A DNA stretch of 64,000 nt. Source: Malacoraja senta. Its lineage: Eukaryota. The translations under genes were made by a program, and so were the position numbers. Shown in pieces: positions 11,431 to 24,300 of this stretch (positions are counted from its first letter, which is position 1; each line of letters starts with the position of its first letter). A model generated the notes under the pieces. That model did no database searches and had not been told where the DNA came from. It saw only the letters and a list, made by a program, of their open reading frames with translations. The stretch covers positions 124,001 through 188,000 of the forward strand of contig JAXLNO010000050.1 in the NCBI GenBank assembly GCA_038087875.1, read 5' to 3'.

Positions 11431-12099
11431 GTGATAAATGTCAGCATCTAGAGGCTAACCTAGCACATACTTTTGTAAACTGTATAAAAATCAAAAAATT
11501 CTGCATTGATATTTTTAGAATAATTTCTGGTTATTAATACTAAATTAGATCCCGATTCAAAACTAATAATACTTGGCATAACAGAACAAAGTCTAACACT
11601 CACAACAAACCAAAGAGACTTTCTTGACTACAGTATAATAACTGGGAAAAAATTAATACTAAAATTTTGGAAAGGCCCTATAACCCCCACAATTAAAATG
11701 TGGATTATGGAAATGTCGGAGACCCTACACTTGGAAAGAATCAGATTTTTCTTAATGGACAAACAAGAACTCCTCTAGTATCTTTGGTCTTCACACTGAT
11801 GTGGGGGGCGGGAAGAAGGAAGGAGCGTCGAACCCCCTCCTCCTTCCGACCCGGCCTCCACTCACTCCCCGCCGGCCTCCAGCATCGACTCCACCGGCCC
11901 CCAGCCCCTCCCTCCCCACCCACCTACACTACACGGGGGTTGCACGGCCCGTCACCTGCACTGTTGCCACACAACGCCAACTGGAGTACAAGCGGTGAAC
12001 TGAACTGCATGGATTCCACGGGGTCACGGGGCCCGTCTTCTGTCCCATCATCTGGACTCCACACTCGCAGACGCCGGGCTGTCTACGCCCGCGGCCGGG

Positions 12100-12745
12100 G
12101 TGGGTGATGGGGGCGGGGGGTGGAGGTGGGGGCGGGGTGTAGAGGTGGGGGCGGGTGGTAGAGGTGGGGGCGGGGTGTAGAGGTGGGGGCGGGGGGTAGA
12201 GGTGAGAGTAGAGGTGGTGGCGGGGGGAAGCGGTGGGAGCAGGGGGGTAGAGGTGGGGGCGGGGGTAGAGGTGGGGGCGGGGGGTAGAGGTGGGGTGTAG
12301 AGGTGGGAGCGGGGGGAAGAGGTGGGGGCGTGGGGTAGAGGTGGGGGCGGGGGGCAGAGATGGGGGCGGGGGGTAGAGGTGGGGGGTGCCGATGCAGCAC
12401 GGTCAGTGACTCTGGGTGAGCGGAGGGACCAGACCGTCCCCAACTCTGCTGCAGCTGAATGGGACGTTGCCGGGTGGTCCGGGGGGGGTGTGAGGTTGGG
12501 GGTGGTCGAGGGGGAGGTGGAGTGGTGGTCGGGGCGGAGTGTTCGGGGTGGGTGGAGGGTGGTCGGGGCGGAGTGGTTGGAGGGGGGTCGGGCGGTGGTC
12601 GGGAGGATGGATTGGTCGGGGGGATGGAGTAGTCAGGGGGGTCAGTTGGTCAGGGGGGTCGGTTGGTCGGGGGGTAGTGGTCGGGGGGGTGGTCGTGTGG
12701 GGGGGTGGTTGGTTGGTCCGGGTGGTTGGTTGGTCCGGGTGGTGC
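12100..12745 (+). repeat. G-rich minisatellites (GGGGTAGAGGTGGGGGCG-type, then GGTCGGGG-type)
   Basis: Directly visible tandem units. A ~65-bp direct repeat at ~12388-12453 and ~12744-12809 brackets the second block. Confidence 0.9.
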
Positions 12746-13249
12746 TGATGCAGCGTGGTCAGTGTCTCTTGGTTGGCGGAGGGACCAGACTGACTCCAAC
12801 TCTGCTACATCCAAAGGTACATCCTTTTATTCTGTGGCTGTGTCCTCTGGTCCATGACTCTCCCACTAGTGGAAACATCCTCGCCACATTCACTTTATCC
12901 AGGCTTTTCACTATTCGGTAAGTTTCAATGAGGTCCCCCCTTCTAAACTCCAGCGAGTGCAGGCCCAGGTCCATCGAACGCTCATCGTACGTTAACCCAA
13001 TAAAGGGGTGAGCCGCATTATTCCGGAATGAAGGAAGGATGCAGGATACCCCAGGACAAGAGAGGGAGTGGTGCAAACCTGGAGCAGCCCGTTAGCCCTG
13101 GGACAAGCGAGGAGACCTTCACCTGCCTTGATTCTTGATTAGTGCAGGTGTCAGAGGTTATGGGGAGAAGGCACGAGAATGGGGCTAGGAGAGATAGATC
13201 AGCCATGATGGGCCGAATGGCCTAATTCTACTATTCCTTATGACCTTAC

Positions 13250-13490
13250 CCTTGACGGCCGCCAGTGTGGGCACCAACTCCTCCAAGTCTGTTTTGTTGA
13301 CCTTGAACTGGCCACATTTCTCCTTGCGTGCGGGGCTATGGGCATCCTCGTCAGCGAGCACCTTGCCGGCAACCTCCCCCAGCTGCACCTTGACACCCGC
13401 TCCATTACTCCGCAGCGAGACGATGGAAGTGGGGTCCACGCGCAGCGCTTTAACACAGAGCCTTTGGTGCTGGAGCCTCTCCTCCTCTTC
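13250..13490 (-). CDS. Candidate internal coding exon (241 bp) of an unidentified gene or pseudogene
   Basis: Branch-like CTGAC, acceptor CCCCACAG|GAA and donor AAGG|GTAAGG enclose a stop-free frame: EEEERLQHQRLCVKALRVDPTSIVSLRSNGAGVKVQLGEVAGKVLADEDAHSPARKEKCGQFKVNKTDLEELVPTLAAVK. Confidence 0.55.
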
Positions 13491-13739
13491 CTGTGGGGTA
13501 TAAGCAAGGTCGTAGGGTCAGTTCAGTTTAGTGTAATGTCACGTGCACCAAGGTAGAGTGAAAAGCTTTTGATACGAGCTAACCAGTCAGAGGACAAAGG
13601 AATATAGGTGGAAGAGGGGGGGGGGGAGGAAAGAAAAAGGAGGGTTGATTGTAGGTTTGTTGCCTAAAATTGGTGATTTCAATGTTCATACTGTTGGGTT
13701 GTCAGCAACCCAAACGGAATACAAGGTGCTGTTCCTCCA

Positions 13740-14453
13740 TGTTGCAGTAACTATGGAAGTCATAGAACACTTAATTAAAACATTTATCATAGCCAGCAGA
13801 TGTTGTCAGCTAGTATATGTAATCAGACATCCTGAGACTCACGTGCTTGTTAGTAATCAGACATCCTTAGACTCACGTGCTTGTTAGTTAGTTAGCAGCA
13901 CTTAATTTAATCATTTATCTAGTAATAAAGGCACTAAACAAGTTACTTCTTATTTTTACTTTTGCACCTTTGTATTCTTAATAAATACATTTTGTATCTT
14001 TGTGTGTAAACATATAAACCAATATGTAACAGTGTAATATGGTATGTGTAACCTTGGCTTTAAATTGGCTTTAGCTGAAACATAATGGTGGCAGGACAGG
14101 ATGTTAGAAGTTAATTTTAAGGGTGGCGAGTGAAGGGCAAGATATAAGAGGAAATGTAAAGTTTAATAAGATTGAACCAAGGTCGGAAACATAATGGTGG
14201 CAAGACAGAGAATATTAGAATTAAAGATTGATGTGAAAGGAGTACAGCATGAAAGATAGTGAAGCAGAGATAGGACTGAAGAACTGTAATAAAAGCTGCT
14301 TGTTTCTATGGATCGGAGAGCAATTAGAAAACGGACAAATGGTGTCATCTCTGACTGTTCCCGCTGATGTTTGCAAATAAAGGCTTTTGTCTTCTTGAAG
14401 AATTCTCCGAGTCTGTATCATCTTATCTAACTTTAAGTCTTAGAACCACGACA
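13740..14453 (+). repeat. ERV 5' LTR (~714 bp)
   Basis: Termini TGTTGCAGT...ACCACGACA are consistent with a CpG-decayed inverted repeat. AATAAA at 14375-14380, internal tandem duplications, and an end 4 nt before the PBS. The left boundary is inferred. Confidence 0.7.
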
Positions 14454-14457
14454 AAAT

Positions 14458-14475
14458 TGGCGCAGCGAGCAGGGT
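14458..14475 (+). promoter_or_regulatory. Primer binding site, tRNA-Ser(TGA) type
   Basis: TGGCGCAGCGAGCAGGGT is the reverse complement of ...ACCCTGCTCGCTGCG-CCA, the 3' end of a vertebrate tRNA-Ser(TGA) as recalled from memory. Confidence 0.85.
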
Positions 14476-15227
14476 AGGATAGAGGTCCGTTCGGCAGAGG
14501 ACGACCAGCCAAGGGCGCTTCCTCGGCCCACGGGGCTCCCCGGGACAACAGGAAAAGGGTGGCCACCCGTAAAAAGGTAAGCGGTTTTCCGCTTTATTTG
14601 GACTAGTAACCTGTTGAATCGGGGACCACTGGGGGCACAGAAGCGTCTGGGTGATCGAGAGGGCCTCTCCTACCCAACGAATCTGGCACTAAATTGTTCT
14701 AAAAAAGAGACCCGGAGGGTTGTCCGAGAGGGCTGCGATGTGTGGTGAGTAATAATATCTGTGATAAGTACAGCATTGCATTGTGTGATATTATTAAGAA
14801 TTTATTAAGACTTCGTGGGTACCACCCTGAGAGGCCAGGGGTTGCACAGACGAAGCAGGTAAGAGTTTATTAGACCTCGTGGATACCACCCCGAGACGTC
14901 AGGGGTTGCACGGACGAGGCAGGTATTCTGTGGATACCACCCTGAGATACAGGGGTTTGTACGGGCAGAATAAAGTATTTTGTGGATAACGCCTTGGGTG
15001 ACTGAGGGCTGGACGGGCAAAATACGAACTAAGGTAAGTGGGTAACAAAAAGTGAACACAGTGATAACATTTTGTAGAATAGCAGAAGTAGAATAGCAAT
15101 AAGAAAAGTGTAAGGTAATATAGTGACTACAAGGACGGAGGAGGTGTAAGGATTGAGTGTATAAATTAACAACGTGCACTTAACAGGACAACCACCATGA
15201 GTAAACTAACCGCGGTTGAGATATTAA

Positions 15228-17076
15228 AAGGGCTGTCTCACTGTGCGAGTTGACCCAGGAGTGACCCCGAGTTTAAAACAAATTTAACTCGTGGTAATCA
15301 CGTACAATTAACGTAGCGGGAACGTCGGAACTCGTGGACGCAACTTAGCGACTCTTGGCGCTATCGGGAGGTACCCGTGAAACTTGTTAACTCTTGCAAA
15401 AGTTCAAACATGTTTGTACTTTTCCACGAGTAAAATGTACTCTTGTGGTTAAAATGTGAAACATTTTAAACTCGTTGTAAGAACGTAGTGGCCCGTGCGT
15501 TTAACTTTGTGACTCGTGATTCTACCGTGGGAACTCTTTTTAGAAACAATAATCAGGGACAGAAATATCAGTTACTTAGACTTTTTAAAGACAAATTCTG
15601 CTTAACAAAGTTAAGCAAGTTATTGATAAGGTGACAGAGTGGGTTGAAAAGAAAAAATTGCTTGAAGTTTATATATAAATTTGTGTTGTGTTGTGTTGTG
15701 TTCAAAAGCTTTTTGCTGATCCGTTTGATTCTCACTGTTTGTTTACTTCATTGCACAATAAAAGAGAGTTCTTTGCTATCAAGATCAAATTGATGTGTGG
15801 AAGTCTTCATTTTAATATCACTACAAAGTCTCATGACTTGAATGTAATATTCCTTTCATCATAAAACACAAAATAGAGGAAGGCAAAATATATTCACATC
15901 TTGATTCTCACAATCATTTGTGAGATTTAAGGACTCAGCTGCCCCATATGCTGTGTTTTTTAAATGTTTAAAATTGTCACCTCTCAGTAGATCAGAAAAT
16001 AAGACAAAGTCTTATGTGAAACAAATGTCTTGAATGTGAAACAAAGTCTTTATTCTTGTTCAATATAAAAAACGCTTTTTGCGCATATTGAGAAATATGC
16101 GTAATTTCCTGCAAACCCATATCACGGTGAAGCACCACAGCAAACAACGCAGTGGTCTGAAAAAGGGCTTCTTATACATGAAAATCAACAAATGAAGCAC
16201 AAATAAAAGTATTTCCACTAAATACTAATTCAGCTGAGAAATGCACTAGTCTAAATTCAGGCAATAAAAGATACAATGCAATGCGCTAAATGACAAGTTT
16301 TGAGATCTACAATCAGATAAGCAGATGCATGATAACCACGTTTTAAAGGAAAGACAGATGCAATGAAATTACTTTTACACCACAATAAAAAATAAAATCC
16401 ACACTTAAAGTTAAACAATGAAAAGTCAGCAGGATTTAAACTAAACATGAAATTAACTGGATTTTTCTGCATGTGGGCTCTCCTCATGCAGTGATGTACC
16501 TGTGGTCGGCAGCCGCTCAAAATAAGCTGTCCTGCCACGGCACACTGCCCAATTCTGAATTATGGTAGGAGCAGAGATGGTCTCTCTGCTCTTTTGCACT
16601 GTTGGTCCCCGTGTTACCTCGAAAACACTGCAGTGGCACCAAAGTCTCGTCGTTTGTACCACTCCTCCACGCACCTAGTGTTATTCTCCCTGTTTGACTG
16701 TCCACTAAGTCACCGTCCTGCATGGCTGTCGCTGATCCTGAAGCTGCACCTCTGATACGGATCAGGTTGTGCAGAACACATGCAGCAAACACAATAGTCT
16801 CTACGTTCTTTGGCTGGCATGACATCATTTTTTTAACATGTGATGATTTTTCAACACTTCGATATACATTGTTGCCTCAAGATTAACGGGAGAGGAACTT
16901 GGTACACTCGGGAGACGAACTTGGAACATCGCAGAAATGAGAAGTAAACGGGAAACTTAGACATACCCGTGGGAACTCGGTTAAACTCGGGATCATAAAC
17001 TTGTGGTCTCGTACGCAACCACGAGTCTTTCACTCGGGGTCACTCGTGGGTCAACTCGCACAGTGAGACAGACCTT
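15228..17076 (-). mobile_element. Non-autonomous PIF/Harbinger DNA transposon
   Basis: ~45-bp TIRs AAGG(G/T)CTGTCTCACTGTGCGAGTTGACCC..., TAA TSD at 15225-15227 and 17077-17079, and a transposase remnant inside. Confidence 0.92.
16517..16828 (-). pseudogene. Harbinger transposase C-terminal remnant
   Basis: IVFAACVLHNLI and QRDHLCSYHNSELGSVPWQ are typical of the HARBI1/PIF DDE C-terminus. Confidence 0.85.
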
Positions 17077-19108
17077 TAAGTAAAAAATTCCCCGTAGCCA
17101 AAGAGGATGTTAAAAAGAGCTCTGAGAAATGGGGGAAAAGAACAGAGAAATTGAATACAAAGTGGCCCAGGGAAGGGACTTTTGATATAAACATGTGTGA
17201 TGAAATGGAAGTATTGATTAAGAACCATAGACGCAGAGACCCAGAGGAATTAGAGGTGCTTAAATTATTCAGGGCAGAAGGAGAAAGGCTGAGGAGAACC
17301 TACCTGGCAGGAAACATAACCAAGGGAGAAGGGAGGGAGCCCGAGAAGCAGTCCAAGGGTCAGGGGATTATGGAAAAAGGAGGGTCCTTATATCCCAGTT
17401 TAAAAGACCCCGGGTGACCCCTCCCTACCCCGGCCTGGAAGGTGCAAACCAATGCCCCGTGATAAGAGGAATAATGGAAGTAGAGGGAGAAATCATGACT
17501 GTGGATAATGTGGAGGAAATAAAGGAATATAAACAGAGAAGGGAAAAAACAGAAAAAGACAGGATGGAGCAAGAAATAGGTGAAGTAGAAAGGGAGATCA
17601 GGAGGCTGCGGGACCGGAGTTTGGAGGTATCCAAGTCAGCAGAGAGGGGGGCTGAAAAAAGGTGCGGACAGGAGAGAGAGTTAAGCCAGTGGTCAAGGGA
17701 AAGAGAGCAAGACAGTGAGGAGGAAAAGGAATCGGGCAGTTATTGGGGAAGTTATAGGGAGCGAAGGAGGGAAACAAGGGATGGAGATTTAGTGGAAGAT
17801 TTTAAAAGAAAGGTGAAGGAATCCCTGGAGCAAATGGAGACTAGAGTTAAGGAACTGGGAGCACATGTGGAGACAAATAAAGGAGAAGCGGCCCAAGGAG
17901 AGTCAGCATGGCAGGTATTAGAAATAGGACCTCCGGAGTGCGATGCAGAAAAAAGACAGATGCAGGGGAATAAAATGATGCCATTGCTTGCAAAAAGAGC
18001 AGGACAGACACAGTACTTCCTTGGGGGACACAGGACCTTGAAGGGCTGAAAAACATTCTGCCTAACATATATGATGGGGCAGGAAAATGGATAAGGGCCT
18101 TTGAGGATGAAACCACAGGACGACTATTGGCTATGGGAGATATAAAGGCACTTCTGGCGAAAGTAATAGGAACCACGAAACTGGCGGAACTCCTGGAAAA
18201 GGCAGGCATAAATAACAAAGCGGGCAATCCACTGATTGACGGCCGACCATTTGACACAGTCAGGCCATTGGTATGGCAGGCCCTCAGATACAGCTACCCG
18301 CTTAAAGTGTACCCCAAGGCATTGAAGGGGGACTCACTGGGGGACACAGAAAACCCAGCAGCGTATCTAGAGGGCCAGTTGAAAAAGTGGAGACTTGAAA
18401 CTGAACAAGGAATAGACGGCAATGAGCTGATGATCACTCTGTTCCGAGCTGCTATTGTAGATGCCATGCCCGTTCAAGTAAAGTCCAGGCTGGAGGAGGT
18501 GGTGGGACTGTCAACAATGCCACACGTCCAGTTCAGGGATCACTTGGTCCATGCAGTCGACAAATACCGCAAAGATAAAAAAAGACTGACAGACCAGCAG
18601 GAGGAGGTGCAAAGAAAACTGGTACAAATGCAGCTTGACGAACTAAAAAGAAAAGAGCGTGTAAAAGGAAAGAAAATGCTCGCAATAACAACAGAACCGG
18701 CTGAAACAGCTGAAATGAGTGACGCACCAACACGTAGTGAGTCCTATGCCAGAGCCAGACAAGGGCCGGAAACTTCTGGGCCAGTAGTAAATGTCTGCGA
18801 CGTTCCCTCAAATGCCTTATCAGGGACGGGGTAAATCAGGAAACCAGCCCAGACAGGACTGGGGCCCCCAAGGGGGAGGATTACAAGGAGGGGGACGAGG
18901 GAGGCCAGTAAGGAAACAGGTAGTTGATATGGTGTGCTGGGGATGTGGTCAGGTAGGGCATGTGAGAAGGGACTGTCAGAACCGTCCATGGTCCAGACCA
19001 TACCAACAGGTACCAATGGAGGGTGGACAATACCTCGCCCCAGGGATAGCCCCAGCAGACCCGATTGAAAGCCCGGCTGGACCCATAAACCCCTATACCA
19101 GATATTAG

Positions 19109-22100
19109 GGGTGCCCAGAGAACCCGGATGGGAAGGGACACTACCCAATGATAACCAGAGAGGCAGAGGAGGAACCTGTGGTTCAGGTAATTTTGGGGGG
19201 ACAATCAACACCCATGATGATAGACACTGGAGCTACCTATACTTGTGTGCAACCACAATACGCATCCCACCTTCCCGTCAGGAAAATTTGTTAAAACTGT
19301 ACGGTTCTCGGGAAAGACAGTTAATACGATGCACGACCCCCGTGAGTTTAAAGATGAATAACCGAGAGATAGTATTGCCAATATTAGTGTCGAAAGGGAC
19401 TCCCATTAATTTGTTAGGTAATAATAATAATAATAATAATAGATTTTATTTATATAGCGCTTTTCAGGACTCAAAGTCGCTTTACAATTGAGAGTCAGGA
19501 ATAAACAAAACAAAAGAGAGCAGTAAGACAGAGGGGAGGGGAACATGGGACTAAGGGTATGCAGAGGTGAAGAGATGGGTCTTGAGGCGGGACTGGAAGA
19601 TGGTGAGGGACTCAGAATTTCGGACCGGTTGTGGGAGGGAATTCCAGAGCCTGGGAGCTGCCCTGGAGAAGGCTCTGCCTCCAAAAGTGCAGAGGTTTGA
19701 TTTCGGAGTGGAGAGACCAGCTGATGTGGATCTGAGGGACCGTGAGGGTTGGTAGGGGGAGAGGAGGTCAATGAGATAAGGGGGGGCCAGGTTGTTGAGG
19801 GCTTTGTAGGTGAGGACCAGGATTTTGTAGGTGATCCGGTGGGAAATGGGAAGCCAGTGAAGTTCTTTGAGAACTGGGGTGATGTGGTGCCAGGATTTGG
19901 TGTGGGTAATGAGTCGAGCGGCTGCATTTTGGACCAGTTGGAGTCGTTTGATGCTGCTGGAATTGATTCCGAAAAGAAGAGAGTTACAGTAGTCCAGTCG
20001 GGAGGAGATGAAGGCATGGATGAGTCTTTCAGCAGCGGGGGGTGTGAGAGACGATCTGATTTTTGCAATGTTGCGGAGGTGAAAAAATGATGTTTTGACA
20101 ACATGGTGGATGTGAGGTTCAAGGGAGAGGGTTGAGTCAAGGATCACGCCAAGGTTGCGTGCCTGAGGAGATGGGGAGACAGTGGTGCTGTCGATAGTGA
20201 GAGTGGGGTTGTTAATTTTAGTGAGTGTTGATTTGGAGCCAATGAGGAGAAATTCTGTTTTGCTACTGTTTAATTTAAGGAAGTTGAGTTGCATCCAAGA
20301 TTTGATGGCTGATAGGCAGGAGTTGATATGGGAGAGAGGGGGGTGGTGGGGGGACTTGGTGCTGAGATAGATCTGGGTGTCATCAGCATAGCAGTGGAAG
20401 TCCAGTTTGAAGTGACGGAGTATATGACCAAGGGGGAGGATGTAGATGATGAAGAGGAGGGGACCAAGAACAGAGCCTTGGGGAACGCCTTGAGTGACAG
20501 TGGCTGTGGCAGAGGTGTGGTTATGGAGAGAGATGAAGTGGGATCGGTTGGAAAGGTAAGAACGGAACCAGCTGAGTGCAGAACCTTCAATGCCAAGGTC
20601 CCTAAGTCTGGTGAGCAGGATGTTGTGGGGAAGTAGGTAGGGACGCCCTGCTGAAACTGGAACTGAAATTAGAATGTACCAGAAATGGTTTGAGTGTGGA
20701 GAGGTCGAATGTCCAAATGGTAATGCAGGAAGCTAGCAGAGCTAATGTGATTTGGATAGGGGATATAGAAAATCAAATTTGGGAAACCTGGAGCAAATGG
20801 GAAAAGGGGATATTCACTATATTGCCTGAAGCGACTCCACCCCAGTCTGAGCTGCACTGTACGATATACTTTTGACGAAACCCAGAATGTAGAACAGGGA
20901 AGGATGTGGCGTACAGGGACGGGTGGCCGGCACCACTTGAGAGCAGTAGAAGTAATAATTGGAAAACAGGGGGCAGCCTTGCAGATTGAATGGGACACCT
21001 TCCTGGAAAAATGGTACAGGGTGGTGGGGGCTGCACCTCACGTGACATTGCTTGTAAATAAGGGATATCAGTCTAGGGAATTGGGACCCCTGGTGAGACA
21101 AGCAGGCACTGTTAGAAACTGGAGAAGGATTGCTTCAAAAGTATGGATGTCTGAAGACAGTAATTACATCAAGATAACAGTTACTATAGACATGATAGGT
21201 ATGATGAAAGAGGTTGAAATTAACCCCCAGCGACAGCTTCTTGTGCTTAAAACAGTAGGTCAGACACAGGAGGAAAGGCTGAATGAGTTGCCAGCTAGCG
21301 TGTGGTCGCGACATGACACAGATATGGGACTGGTGAAGTCTGCAAGTCCGGTAGAGATAAGATTAAAACACGGAGCAGTTCCACCCCGGAGACCACAGTA
21401 CCCTCTGAAGCCAGAGGCAGAGGACGGCATAGCGCCAACTATACAGGGTCTGGTGGAGGTGGGAGTGCTTATCAAAACACATAGTCCCTGCAACACTCCA
21501 CTGTTACATTTTAAAGGCAGACAAGTCAAGGTGGATACTACGACATGATTTGCGAGCAGTGAACGAGGTGGTGAGAGATTGGCCAGCGGTGGTTCCGAAT
21601 CCGCACACATTACTGACCAATGTTCCACCAGAAGTAGCTTACTTTTCAGTGATTGATCTGTGTTCAGCGTTCTTCAGTGTGCCATTAGCAGACCAGTGTC
21701 AGTATCTGTTTGCTTTTACCTATAGGGGTGTTCAATACACTTACACTAGGATGCCGCAGGGATTCAAACATTCGTCTCATGTGTTCAATCAGGTACTAAA
21801 GGCAGATTTGGAAGGCGTAGCCTTAGACAGTACGCTGATACAGTATGTGGATGATTTATTGATTTGCTCTGAAACTGAGGAACAATGCGAGCAAGATACT
21901 GTGGCTCTTCTGGAGAGGCTGGCGTGCGGAGGTCATAAAGTGTCTAGGAAGAAGTTGCAGTTTTGTGTGCAGCAGGTAGAGTACTTAGGACAGTTAATCT
22001 CCAAAGGAATTAAAACTATAGCACCGAACCAGATAGAGGCAATAATCAAAGCTCCTAAGCCACAGACAGTAAGACAGATGATGACATTCTTAGGGATGGT

Positions 22101-24300
22101 AGGATACAGTTCGGACTGGATTGGAGAATATGCTGAGATTGTGACACCATTGAGAAAGATAATGAAGGAAGCAGGACAAACAAGCCTGAAGAATGTTTTG
22201 CAGTGGAATGACGAGGCAGAAATGGCTTTTAACACAATTAAGCAGGAATTGCAGTCGGCTCCAGCCTTGGCCCTGCCTAATTATGAGAAAACCTTTCATT
22301 TGTATGTATCCAACAGACAGGAGGGATATGCTACAGCAGTATTGACACAGGAAACAGGTGTAGGAAAGGCGAAGCAGCCGGTTGCGTATTACAGTACAAA
22401 ATTGGATGAGGTGGCTCAGGGATTCCACCTTGCTATCAGGGACTGGCGGCGGTGTACTATGCTTATGAGAAAGCATCGTCTGTGACTATGGGATATCCAG
22501 TGATCATATATACCCACCACAAAGTGGCAGAGTTGTTGGAAAAAGGAAAGTTTGTACTTACACCAGCTAGGATAATAGCGTATCAGATGCTACTGACATT
22601 TTCAGATATCACCATACAAAGATGTACTACAAGTAACATAGCTGACCATGTCCCGCTTGGTCATGAGGGGGAGCCCCATGACTGCGTGGGTCAGACGATG
22701 GTGTTTTCTAAATTACAAGCGGATTTACAATCTGAACCACTGATTGATGAGGATAAGAAAGTCTTGTTTGTGGATGGATCATGCTATCGGGATCATGATG
22801 GAAATCATGCAGGATTTGCAGTGGTGCAACAGGACCAAACAGGGTTTCAGACCATTAGGTTGGAGGCTTGTCAGCAGCCATGTTCAGCCCAGTTGGCAGA
22901 GATTAAGGCTTTAACAGCAGCGTGTGAAATGATGGAAGGTGAAAAAGTGGATATCTACACAGATTCGGCTTATGCACACGGAGTCTGTCATCTATTTGGT
23001 GCAGTATGGAAACAGAGGGGCTTTAAGAAAAGCAATGGGGATCCCATTCAACATTTCCAACACATTTCTGACCAAATAAAGGCATTAGTAAAGCCTAGGG
23101 CATTACCCATTGTTAAATGTCAGGCACATAAAAAGGGCAGTGACACAGTTACGAAGGGAATCATGCAGCGGATGAAGCAGCTAAGACAGCATCTGGGTGC
23201 CAATCGATAATAATTGCACCCCATATGTTAGTGGTACCAGAGCCTACAAAGACGGATATCATTGAAATGCAGGGACAGGCTACATTAGCTGAACAAACGA
23301 TGTGGGGGCAGAGGGGAGCCAAGCCAAACGAGGACGGCTTATGGACCACCGAAAATGGCCTGTTAGTGGCACCTACCACCTTATTGACCAATCTTATTTC
23401 AGAAGCACATGGACTGGACCATTGTGCGAGGGGGGAAGTCATACGAAAGGTAAGAAAGGATGGGTTTTGGTCACCTTATCTGCAGGCTTCAGTAGATCAC
23501 TTTTTGTCCCGGTGTGAGGTATGTGCACAAAATAATGTCAGAAAGGGCATAACGACACCCGAGGGGCCATTCACACATCTGGTAATCGACTATGTGGACA
23601 TGTTGATGGGTGGAGGCCGTACCTTCCAAAGACCTAGGGGCAGGTACGGTGGTGAAATCGTTGACAAATGAGGTGATTCCACGGTTTGGCATACCAGCAA
23701 TAATTAGCTCCGACAATGGGCCAGCTTTTGTTAAGAAGACAGTTAAGCTGGTGCTGCAGGCCCTGAGGGTGAAGCAAAGATTTGGCTGTGTCTACCACCC
23801 TCAATCACAAAGCATGGTGGAAAGGGTGAATGGGACGTTGAAAGCAAAAATAAACAAAATTTGTGCAACTACTAAATTAAATTGGATTGATGCATTGCGC
23901 TTGGCGTTAATGAGTTGTCGTATGCAAACCAATCGAACAACTCACCTAACACCACACAAAATGCTCACCGGCAGACCCATGCCAGTGCCCAGACGAAGGG
24001 ATATATATATATATGAGGGTCCGAGTTTGGAGCAATTAGAGGTAGAACTTAAACAATATATGCAACAGTTAACTATGATACATAAGTCTATTTATGCACA
24101 GGAAAAGCAAAAGGAGCCAGCGGCAGACCAGGAGGACCGATTAAGCCTGGAGACCAAGTTTATGTGCGAGCCTTTCGAAGAAAATGGAATGAACCAAGAA
24201 GGGAAGGACCATTCACAGTAATAAAGGCCTCACCTACAGCAGTTCAGGTAGAGGGCCGATCCATATGGTACCACCTTAATCATTGCACAAGGGCTATTTA
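19109..24300 (+). pseudogene. pol: ERV pol (protease, 2H-like insert, RT, RNase H, integrase), frameshifted and L2-interrupted
   Basis: Protease MIDTGATY and NLLG|RDAL, RT IDLCSAFF/MPQG/YVDD, RNase H FVDGS/AEI/YTDS, integrase HGLDH..CEVC/IDY/SDNG/VERVNGTLK and GPF. Confidence 0.95.
19421..20633 (-). mobile_element. L2 LINE, 5'-truncated
   Basis: LKLNSSKTEFL, FISSRLDYCN, LHWLP and APRLWNSLP, with a (TAT)n tail and TAGGTA TSD at 19415-19420 and 20634-20639. Confidence 0.95.

Larger units (their letters stand above)
15197..19108 (+). pseudogene. gag: ERV gag, interrupted by Harbinger and frameshifted
   Basis: Start ACCACCATG. Removing the transposon restores MSKLTAVEIL-SKKFPVAKEDVKKSSEKW...KWPREGTF. 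LYPSL and PPY late-domain-like motifs, a capsid-like region, CWGCGQVGHVRRDC, and TAG at 19106-19108. Confidence 0.9.
13740..24300 (+). mobile_element. Endogenous retrovirus, gamma/epsilon-like (class I), decayed; env and 3' LTR absent
   Basis: Order is LTR-PBS-leader-gag-UAG-PR-RT-RH-IN, with YVDD in RT, a single CCHC knuckle and multiple frameshifts. Confidence 0.95.
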
